A stretch of 64,000 bases of DNA from an uncultured delta proteobacterium (GTDB lineage: Bacteria; Desulfobacterota; Syntrophia; Syntrophales; UBA2185): assembly GCA_963695875.1 (NCBI GenBank), contig CAVOID010000013.1, forward strand, positions 1 to 64,000, read 5' to 3'. The position numbers and the translations under genes were made by a program. The notes beneath the pieces are model-generated. The model had not been told where the DNA came from. It saw nothing but the letters and a program-made list of their open reading frames with translations, and searched no databases. This document shows positions 56,298 to 64,000 of the stretch, piece by piece (within the stretch, counting starts at the first letter, position 1; the number at the start of each line of letters is the position of its first letter).

Positions 56298-57468
56298 AGA
56301 AACCCTTCTTAAAGAAAGACGAAACAGAGAAACCGGCAATACAAAACGAATCATGATTGTGGCGGGGGAAGCTTCAGGTGACCTCCATGGAGGAAATCTT
56401 GTCCAGGCAATGCACCGGATCGATCCGACTATACGATTCTACGGTGTCGGCGGCAGGAAGTTGAAAGAAGCAGGTGTTAAATTGCTGGCGGATTCAGCAG
56501 ATATGGCAGTTGTCGGACTGACCGAGGTTGTCTCTAAACTGGGGATGATCCTGAAAGTCATGGCTCAACTGAAGGCATCGATGAGAGAAGACAGACCCGA
56601 TCTCGTTATTCTCATTGATTACCCGGACTTTAACCTGTCACTTGCGAAGGCAGCAAAAAAATATGGCATTAAGGTTTTTTACTACATCAGTCCCCAGGTA
56701 TGGGCCTGGAGAAAAGGACGGATCGGACAAATCAAAAAAACCGTCGATGAAATGGCCGTGATTCTACCCTTCGAAGCCAGTCTCTACAATAAGGCCGGTG
56801 TCAATGTGGAATTTGTCGGTCACCCCCTCTTAGATGTGGTCGGAACGAAATACTCCCGAAAGGAGGCAAAGCTGAAATTCGGCCTCAAGGAAGGGGTAAC
56901 AACGGTAGGGATTCTGCCCGGAAGCAGGCAGTCCGAAGTTGCCAGACTTCTTCCCGAAATGCTCAGGGCAGCGGAGATTATTGAAAAGAAGCTGAAACAT
57001 GTCCAATTTGTGCTGCCCCTTGCCGATACACTCGATATCACTTTTGTCTCACAAATAATTTCGCAATATCCAATAAAAGTGGAAGTCATTCGCAATGAGG
57101 TCTATGATGTTATTGCTTGTGCAGATATTGCCATGGTTGCATCGGGAACGGCCACCCTGGAAACGGCATTGATGGAGACACCCATGGTTATCATTTATAA
57201 AGTGTCTGCACCTTCCTATTATGTCGGAAAAATGGTAATAAATATTGACCATATCGGTCTTGTTAATATCATAGCCGGAAGGACAGTCGTCCCGGAGTTG
57301 ATCCAGGATGAGGCAAGTCCGGAAAAGATAGCGGCCACGGTCGTGGAGATTCTTACCGACAGCAAGCGGATGGCTGATATTAAGATAGAGCTGTCAAAAA
57401 TAAGGGATATGCTGGGAAGCCCCGGCGCCGCCGAAAGGACTGCCCGCCTGGCATATGACATGATATAA
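56287..57468 (+). CDS. lpxB: Lipid-A-disaccharide synthase
   Basis: AGEASGDLHG, IDYPDFN, SPQVWAWR, LPGSR, SGTATLE. Confidence 0.97.
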   Translation: MHPEETLLKERRNRETGNTKRIMIVAGEASGDLHGGNLVQAMHRIDPTIRFYGVGGRKLKEAGVKLLADSADMAVVGLTEVVSKLGMILKVMAQLKASMREDRPDLVILIDYPDFNLSLAKAAKKYGIKVFYYISPQVWAWRKGRIGQIKKTVDEMAVILPFEASLYNKAGVNVEFVGHPLLDVVGTKYSRKEAKLKFGLKEGVTTVGILPGSRQSEVARLLPEMLRAAEIIEKKLKHVQFVLPLADTLDITFVSQIISQYPIKVEVIRNEVYDVIACADIAMVASGTATLETALMETPMVIIYKVSAPSYYVGKMVINIDHIGLVNIIAGRTVVPELIQDEASPEKIAATVVEILTDSKRMADIKIELSKIRDMLGSPGAAERTARLAYDMI

Positions 57469-57473
57469 AAATT

Positions 57474-57511
57474 TGTCATTGCGAGTCGGCCGAAGGCAGG
57501 CGTGGCAATCC
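57474..57511 (+). repeat. Half copy of the GTCATTGCGAG...GCAATC REP-like element
   Basis: tgtcattgcgagtcggccgaaggcaggcgtggcaatcc, similar to 62439-62476. Confidence 0.65.
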
Positions 57512-57616
57512 CAACCATTGAAATAGTAGACATGTGCAATACTGACCAGGATCACAAGCTTGCGGTTCCCTTGATTTTTATATAAAAAAGTGAATCTTGT
57601 ATAAGAGTTTAGACAA

Positions 57617-59368
57617 TTGGATATTTTTAAACGCCTCTTAAAACTGGCAAAGCCGCATATGTCAAAATTCATTTTGGCGATGCTCTCTATGCTCGTAGTC
57701 GGGGCCACAACATCCACTCTGGCCTTTCTTGTAAAGCCAGCCTTAGATGAGATCTTCCTTAAAAAAAATGCGGACATGCTGATATGGATACCAATCGCTG
57801 TTATTGTCATATACATGATAAAGGGAATTTGCAACTACACGCAAACCATACTTATGAGCTTTATCGGCCAGCGGATTGTCGCAGATCTCCGGAATAATCT
57901 CTACAGACAGATGCAGCTGCAGTCTCTTTCATTTTTCACCATTAATCCCACGGGTATCCTCATGTCCCGGATTACCAATGACGTGGGTTATGTCCAGGGA
58001 GCCGTGTCGGAAGCAGTGACCAGTCTCCTCAAAGACTCCTTTACTCTCATCTGTCTCGTCTTTGTTATCTTTTACCGGGACTGGCAATTGGCAATAATTG
58101 CCATGTTTGTTTTTCCCCTCACCATTTATCCCATCTCCAGGTTCGGGAAGAAAATGAGGAATATCGCCACACGGACTCAGGTGACGATGGGCAGTTTGAC
58201 TACACTCCTTCAGGAAACCATATCCGGCACGAGGATTGTCAAGGCCTTCAGCATGGAAGAGTATGAAAACCAAAGGTTTGCAAAGGAAAATGAACACCTC
58301 TTCAAGCTGGCCCTGAAATCCGTATCGGTCAGTGCCATTTCCAGCCCCTTCATGGAATTCCTGGGAGGCATCGGTATCGCTACGATTATCTTCTACGGAG
58401 GGTACCAGGTAATAAAAGGAGTCTCCACACCGGGGACATTCTTTTCTTTCCTCACGGCCCTCATCATGCTCTATGAACCGGTCAAACGACTGACCAATGT
58501 CAATAATACTATTCAGCAGGGAATCGCCGGCGCAAAGCGTGTCTTCAGCATCATCGATACAATCCCCGATATCAGAAATGACGCAAGAGCTGTCGATCTG
58601 CCGAAGATTTCCAGGGGCATTGACATAAAAAATGTCACCTTCCGTTATGAAGAAGCACCGGTATTGAAAAATATTGACATCTCCATCAAGGCAGGTGAAG
58701 TTGTCGCCTTTGTCGGCATGAGCGGCGGGGGCAAGACGACCCTTGTCAATCTGATCCCGCGATTTTATGACGTGACGGAGGGACGAATACTGATTGACGG
58801 CCATGATATTCGCGATGTGACCATCGAATCCCTGCGCGGGCAGATCGGCATCGTCACCCAGCAGACAATCCTCTTCAACGACACGGTGAGAAACAATATC
58901 GCCTACGGCAACATCGAAAAGACGGAAGAAGATATCATCCGGGCGGCGAAGGCAGCCAATGCCCATGACTTTATCATGAACCTGCCGAAAGGATATGACA
59001 CGATTATCGGTGAACAGGGGGCGAAGCTCTCCGGAGGGGAGAGACAGAGAATTTCCATCGCGAGAGCCCTGCTCAAGGATGCTCCCATACTTATCCTCGA
59101 TGAAGCAACGTCGTCTCTCGACACGGAAGCAGAAATCGAAGTCCAGGATGCCTTAGAAAACCTCATGAAGGGAAGGACAACCCTGATAATCGCTCATCGT
59201 CTTTCAACAATCCGTAACGCCCATCGCATAATAGTGCTTGCAAGCGGTGAAATCGTCGAGGAGGGAACACACGAATCCCTTATGGAAAAGAAGGGCGAAT
59301 ACTTCAAATACTACAATATGCAGTTTAAAGATGAAAACAGGAACGGCATTGAAAAAACTCGCCAGTAG
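57617..59368 (+). CDS. msbA: Lipid A export ABC transporter
   Basis: TM domain plus GMSGGGKTT, LSGGERQR, LDEATSSLD; lipid A operon context. Confidence 0.93.
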   Translation: MDIFKRLLKLAKPHMSKFILAMLSMLVVGATTSTLAFLVKPALDEIFLKKNADMLIWIPIAVIVIYMIKGICNYTQTILMSFIGQRIVADLRNNLYRQMQLQSLSFFTINPTGILMSRITNDVGYVQGAVSEAVTSLLKDSFTLICLVFVIFYRDWQLAIIAMFVFPLTIYPISRFGKKMRNIATRTQVTMGSLTTLLQETISGTRIVKAFSMEEYENQRFAKENEHLFKLALKSVSVSAISSPFMEFLGGIGIATIIFYGGYQVIKGVSTPGTFFSFLTALIMLYEPVKRLTNVNNTIQQGIAGAKRVFSIIDTIPDIRNDARAVDLPKISRGIDIKNVTFRYEEAPVLKNIDISIKAGEVVAFVGMSGGGKTTLVNLIPRFYDVTEGRILIDGHDIRDVTIESLRGQIGIVTQQTILFNDTVRNNIAYGNIEKTEEDIIRAAKAANAHDFIMNLPKGYDTIIGEQGAKLSGGERQRISIARALLKDAPILILDEATSSLDTEAEIEVQDALENLMKGRTTLIIAHRLSTIRNAHRIIVLASGEIVEEGTHESLMEKKGEYFKYYNMQFKDENRNGIEKTRQ

Positions 59369-60444
59369 ATTAAGAAAAATCTGGTATGCTGATACCGCTG
59401 CATCCGTCCTGAACCCCCTGACTCTGATCCTATCTCTCCTGTCTTTACTGTACCGTTTGGTGGTCAGCTCGAGAAACCAGATGTATGATCTTGGCATCTT
59501 TCAGCAATATAAACTTCCCTGTAAGGTAATCAGCATCGGAAATATAACAGTTGGCGGGACAGGAAAGACGCCTGCAGTGATTATGCTGGCAAAGCTATTG
59601 AAAGAAAGAGGATACAGACCTGCCGTATTAAGCAGAGGATATGGCGGAAAGGCGAAATCCGCGGTAAACGTCGTATCAGACGGTTCAAAAATCCTGATGG
59701 GACACATTGAAGCCGGAGATGAGCCGATCCTCATCGCAAAGGCTGCGGAAGGAATACCGGTCCTTACAGGGCCGAAAAGAATCCTCACGGGCAGATTCGC
59801 CATAGAAAAACTGAATGCCGACATCCTGATCCTTGATGATGCCTTCCAGCACAGAGATATCTTCAGGGATGTAGACATTGTCATCATGAATCGGGAACAA
59901 CCCTTTGGAAACGGTTTCCTGCTGCCCAGGGGGCCACTTCGGGAATCCCCGGAAGCCCTGAACCGGGCTCATTTCCTCATATGGAAAGACAGCACCGGAG
60001 ACGGCCGTTATCCGAAATACCAGGAACAGGGCATTGGATGGTTTCTCCCCGTCCTTTCGGTGTATCTGAGACCGAAAGACATCATTCGCGGGAAGACCGG
60101 GGAGGTTTATCCCCTGGAATTCCTTCAAGGGGAAAAAGGTCTGTGCCTTCGCGGGAATCGCGTCACCGGAGGCATTCAGCAGAACTCTCGAATCTTTAGG
60201 TGGGGTTGTGACAAGTTTCACTGAATTCCCCGATCATTACCGGTTCACCGAAACGGATATTTCATACATTCGGAAGAGATGTATTGATTCCTCATCGGAG
60301 ATCATTATGACCACGGAAAAGGACGGCGTCCGTCTCACAGATTTCCCCGATTTTTTGAAAGATGTCTTTCTCTTGAGGCTGGAGATGGAAATGCTCCCCT
60401 CCCGGGAGGAATTTGAAGGGCCGATTCTTGAGAAACTGAAATGA
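59331..60444 (+). CDS. lpxK: Tetraacyldisaccharide 4'-kinase; frameshift near 60130
   Basis: SIGNITVGGTGKTP, LSRGYG, GDEP, LDDAFQH, FPDHY, TTEKD. Confidence 0.94.
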
Positions 60445-61329
60445 AAAAATCAGCAACGACAGACATTATACTTAAATGCTTCAGCTCCATTCCCCGGAAG
60501 CTGAGAATCGGATTCTTTACAGGGATGTTTCGCCTTTTTTACTATCTTTCCCCGAAACAGAGATTGATTACGATTCACAACCTCAGGTGTGCCTTTCCGG
60601 AAAAAAGCACATCCGAAATCAAAGCCATCGCCAAAGGCGTATACAGGACCCTGGGCATAATAGCGGCGGATTTTTTTGAAATTCCTTCCTTAACAAAGGA
60701 GAACATCGGTGATTTGGTCGAGGTTGAAGGACTCGAAAACTGTAAAAAGGCCCTGGAAAAGAACAGAGGGCTTCTCATGCTTGGCGCCCACTTCGGCAAC
60801 TGGGAGCTTGCTGCTGTAGCGTTTTCACTGCTAGTTAAAACCTGTGGTTATTATCTATCGTCCCCTGGATAGTTCTATCCTCGAAGATCTGGTATTGTGG
60901 GTAAGATCATCCACCGGTAATATCCTCGTACACAAAGAACGCGCCATGAGAAAAATGCTCAGGAGCCTCAGAAAGAACGAGATTATCGGCATCATGATCG
61001 ATCAGAATATGGCCTGGCAGGAAGGGGTATTTGTAGATTTTTTTGGCAGGCCTGCCTGTACGACCAATGGGTTGGCACTCCTTGCCCTGCACACGGATGC
61101 GCCGGTGATCCCAGGCTACATACTCAGGTTGGAAAACGGCAAGTACAGGCTGGTTATCAAAGAGGAGATGCAGGTCGTCCGCACAGGCGATGATGATGAG
61201 GACATACTGATCAATACCCAGAATTTCACCAGGGTCATCGAAGACATAGTCAGGCAGCAGCCGGATCAATGGCTCTGGATTCACCAGAGGTGGAAAACGA
61301 AACCCTGGCAGGTACCAAAAACCGTTTAG
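60441..61329 (+). CDS. lpxL: Lipid A late acyltransferase (LpxL/HtrB family); frameshift near 60840
   Basis: AHFGNWE, IDQ, FFG, PDQWLWIHQRWK. Confidence 0.88.
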
Positions 61330-61348
61330 TCGCAGGTGTTATTAATAA

Positions 61349-62437
61349 ATGAAAGTCAGGATCTCAAAAAAAATCCCTTTCAGCAGTGCAAAGAATATTC
61401 TGATACGGGGAACAAACTGGATCGGTGATGCCGTTATGACATTTCCTGCTGTTGCCGCCATCAGGAATACCTTCCCGGGAGCAAGAATATCCATACTCGT
61501 CAAGCCCTGGGTTGCGGAGATCTTTCATCTCTGTAAGGATGTTGATGAAGTCATTTCATTTCAAAGTCCCGGCGTTCATTCAGGCATTGCCGGGAAACTC
61601 AGATTGGCAAAGGAACTGAAGGAAAGAAGATTTGATATGGCTATCCTCCTGCAAAATGCGATAGAGGCTGCCATAATAACGTGGCTCGCCGGAATTCCCA
61701 TCAGGGCAGGATACAATTCCGACGGGAGGGGGATGTTGCTGACGCACTCCGTCCAGAGGACGGAAGCCATAAGAAAGGTCCATCAGATCGAATACTACCT
61801 GGAAATGGTTAAATCCCTCGGATGCCTGCCCGCGGAAACCAGCGTCAATCTCAATCCGGGGACGGAATATGAAATCTTATCGGAGAAGTTATTCGACAAG
61901 TTCGGTATCGGAAAGGAGGGTCTTGTCATCGGCTTGGCCCCTGGAGCTACTTACGGACCGGCAAAGAGGTGGTTTCCCGAAAGGTTTGCCGCCGTTGCCG
62001 ACAGGCTGATTGATGACCTCTCTGCGCGGGCGATTCTTTTCGGAAGCAAGGAAGACAGAAAAAGTGCAGATTTAGTGGAACAGAATGCCCACCACCGATT
62101 GATTAACCTGGCAGGCAAAACGAGCCTGAAGGAGACGATAGCTCTTATGTCCAGATGCGATCTTTTTATATCGAACGATTCGGGCTTGATGCATGTTGCC
62201 GGGGCTTTGAGCATTCCGACGGTTGCTATTTTTGGATCAACAAATCCTATCACCACCTCCCCTGTCGGAGACAAAAGCGTTGTTATATATAAAGGCGCAT
62301 CCTGCAGCCCGTGTCTCAAGGAGGTATGCCCGACGGATTTCAGATGCATGGACATGATCGGTGTCGAGGAGGTTGTTGAAACTGCCAAGAGGCTATTGAT
62401 CAGCTCACAGCATCCTGAGGGGATAGAGATCATGTGA
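61349..62437 (+). CDS. waaF: LPS heptosyltransferase II
   Basis: NWIGDAVM, PGATYGPAKRW, SNDSGLMHVA, FGST. Confidence 0.92.
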   Translation: MKVRISKKIPFSSAKNILIRGTNWIGDAVMTFPAVAAIRNTFPGARISILVKPWVAEIFHLCKDVDEVISFQSPGVHSGIAGKLRLAKELKERRFDMAILLQNAIEAAIITWLAGIPIRAGYNSDGRGMLLTHSVQRTEAIRKVHQIEYYLEMVKSLGCLPAETSVNLNPGTEYEILSEKLFDKFGIGKEGLVIGLAPGATYGPAKRWFPERFAAVADRLIDDLSARAILFGSKEDRKSADLVEQNAHHRLINLAGKTSLKETIALMSRCDLFISNDSGLMHVAGALSIPTVAIFGSTNPITTSPVGDKSVVIYKGASCSPCLKEVCPTDFRCMDMIGVEEVVETAKRLLISSQHPEGIEIM

Positions 62438-62438
62438 C

Positions 62439-62476
62439 GTCATTGCGAGGAAGCCGAAGGCTGACGCGGCAATCTC
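62439..62476 (+). repeat. Half copy of the GTCATTGCGAG...GCAATC REP-like element
   Basis: gtcattgcgaggaagccgaaggctgacgcggcaatctc. Confidence 0.65.
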
Positions 62477-62520
62477 AGAGACTATGGATCTTCTGAACGC
62501 AAATATTATTTCTCTCGATC

Positions 62521-62553
62521 CCCCTCTTTCCTAAAGAGGGGTTAGGGGAGATT
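62521..62553 (+). repeat. REP-like hairpin repeat upstream of the DUF559 gene
   Basis: CCCCTCTTT-CCT-AAAGAGGGG-TTAGGGGAGATT. Confidence 0.75.
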
Positions 62554-62555
62554 AT

Positions 62556-62903
62556 ATGATATACTACAACACCAAATTAAAATGCCATTCCCGCTCTCTC
62601 AGAAAAAACATGACAAACGCTGAAAAGCTGCTGTGGATGAGATTGAGAAGAAGACAGCTGAAAGATCTTCAATTTTACCGACAGAAAATCGTCGGCAACT
62701 ATATTGTTGATTTTTACTGTCCGAAAGCAAGAGTGATTGTTGAACTTGACGGTGGACAACATTACACCGAGCAGGGACTAGAAAGAGATAGGGTAAGAAG
62801 CAAATACTTAACTTCTCAAGGACTTAAAGTCTTACGATTCTCTGACAGGGAGGTATTTGAAAATCTGGAAGATGTTCTTAAAAAAATATTTGTGAATTTG
62901 TAA
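62556..62903 (+). CDS. DUF559 (Vsr-like) endonuclease domain protein
   Basis: RSLRKNMTNAEKLLW, FYRQ, YIVDFYC, VELDGGQH, RD..R..YL, VLRF. Confidence 0.92.
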   Translation: MIYYNTKLKCHSRSLRKNMTNAEKLLWMRLRRRQLKDLQFYRQKIVGNYIVDFYCPKARVIVELDGGQHYTEQGLERDRVRSKYLTSQGLKVLRFSDREVFENLEDVLKKIFVNL

Positions 62904-62921
62904 CTCGTTTGAATAATCTTA

Positions 62922-63013
62922 AATCCCCCTGTATCCCCCTTTGCGAAAGGGGGACCACCACTATAGAAAGCTTCAGGTCCCCCCTCTTTTCTAAAGAAGG
63001 TTTAGAGGAGATT
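62922..63013. repeat. Inverted pair of REP-like hairpin repeats downstream of the DUF559 gene
   Basis: 62922-62954 (reverse copy) and 62981-63013 (forward copy, near-identical to 62521-62553). Confidence 0.75.
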
Positions 63014-63042
63014 AGGGAAGATAAAAAGGTAGAAGCGGCAAC

Positions 63043-63675
63043 ATGAATCAAATAATCAAGCAGACAAAAACGAACACAGCGGTTTTTCTGGACAGGGATG
63101 GAACGATCAACGAAGAGGTCGGATACTTAGACAGCATTGACAAGCTGAAGCTCTTTGCCAATACAGCGGAAGCAATCAGGATGATAAACGAGAGCGGTAT
63201 GAAAGCCGTGGTGATTACCAATCAGTCGGGAATCGCGAGGGGATATTTCAGCGAAGAATTCGTCAAGAAGGTTCATAAACGCATCCAGAAAATACTGAAG
63301 GCAAAAGGCGCGTTCATCGACGCTTTCTATTATTGTCCCCATCACCCGGAAGGCGTCGGGACCTATCAACAGTCATGTGCGTGCAGAAAGCCGGAGGCCG
63401 GGTTGCTCATCGCGGCTGCTCAGGATATGGATATCGATCTCACCCGTTCATACGTGGTGGGAGATATGGTCAAGGATATCCAAGTGGCGAGCAAGGTGGG
63501 AGCAAAGGGCTTACTGGTAAAGACAGGCTATGGAACAAACACCATCCGGAAAGACTTGACAGCAGGTTCTGCAGAAACCTGCCGACCATGCTACATAGCG
63601 GAAGACATACTCGATGCGGTTAAGTGGATCATGAATGATCGTAAACCGAAAAAAACGAGAGCTTTGAAAAAATGA
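63043..63675 (+). CDS. gmhB: D-glycero-D-manno-heptose-1,7-bisphosphate phosphatase
   Basis: FLDRDGTIN, TNQSGIARG, CPHHP, CACRKP, VGD. Confidence 0.95.
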   Translation: MNQIIKQTKTNTAVFLDRDGTINEEVGYLDSIDKLKLFANTAEAIRMINESGMKAVVITNQSGIARGYFSEEFVKKVHKRIQKILKAKGAFIDAFYYCPHHPEGVGTYQQSCACRKPEAGLLIAAAQDMDIDLTRSYVVGDMVKDIQVASKVGAKGLLVKTGYGTNTIRKDLTAGSAETCRPCYIAEDILDAVKWIMNDRKPKKTRALKK

Positions 63676-63681
63676 TTGGAT

Positions 63682-63786
63682 ATTGCGAGGTGAGCCGCAG
63701 CCTGAGCAACGCGAAGGGGTCGTGACGTGGCAATCCCTTATATTATGAATCAGGTTATGAGATTGCTTCACTGCGTCGCAATGACA
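63682..63786. repeat. Near-complete ATTGCGAG...GCAATC...GATTGC...CGCAATGACA palindromic element
   Basis: Both arms visible between gmhB and the next gene. Confidence 0.7.
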
Positions 63787-63824
63787 AAGGACGTTTTTTC
63801 AACAGCTCCCAAATGGTTTCTAAT

Positions 63825-64000
63825 ATGAACATCCTTATCGTAAAATTGAGCGCCATAGGCGATGTTATCCATACCCTCCCTGCTTTAGCCGCCCTTAGAA
63901 AACTTTACCCCGATGCAAATATAACTTGGGCCATTGAAGAAGCCTCTTCTGATCTGATCACAGACCACCCCCATCTCGACAGAGTCATCATTTCCCGAAG
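63825..64000 (+). CDS. Glycosyltransferase family 9 heptosyltransferase (WaaC-like), runs off the window end
   Basis: Hand translation MNILIVKLSAIGDVIHTLPALAALRKLYPDANITWAIEE... Confidence 0.85.
   Translation, partial: MNILIVKLSAIGDVIHTLPALAALRKLYPDANITWAIEEASSDLITDHPHLDRVIISR

Overview
Chromosomal window from an anaerobic Gram-negative bacterium. Gene content (AhbC-type heme enzyme, BamA with an extra N-terminal domain, metY/cysK/nifSU cluster) suggests a deltaproteobacterium/Desulfobacterota, possibly Syntrophales-like (inference). About 30 single-base frameshifts, including in essential genes (bamA, lpxK), point to uncorrected long-read indel errors rather than real pseudogenes. Contents in order: a metal-uptake porin/SBP/permease operon; a large sulfur-metabolism region (two metY-cysK pairs, SufS-like and ThiF-like genes, and an rrf2-nifS-nifU-mnmA-nadA-metY-cysK-metX-metW-bioB-cysE-ThiI-like-MOSC-rrf2 run); thrC with peptidoglycan-remodelling genes; accessory genes (YihY-cNMP fusion, TPR, ExeA-like ATPase, cNMP and HTH genes); TPP riboswitch-thiC; and a lysS-lolCD-bamA-skp-lipid A/LPS core cluster containing gnnA/gnnB. 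Top finding: an uncalled 42-codon Met/Cys-rich leader ORF (core C-R-M-V-M-C-C-S-M-T-M) followed by a terminator and a plausible antiterminator directly upstream of metY-cysK, i.e. a candidate dual Met/Cys ribosome-mediated attenuator, sitting below a candidate Rrf2 operator. Several miniature repeat/MITE families, gene remnants and a duplication-derived chimeric gene were also found.
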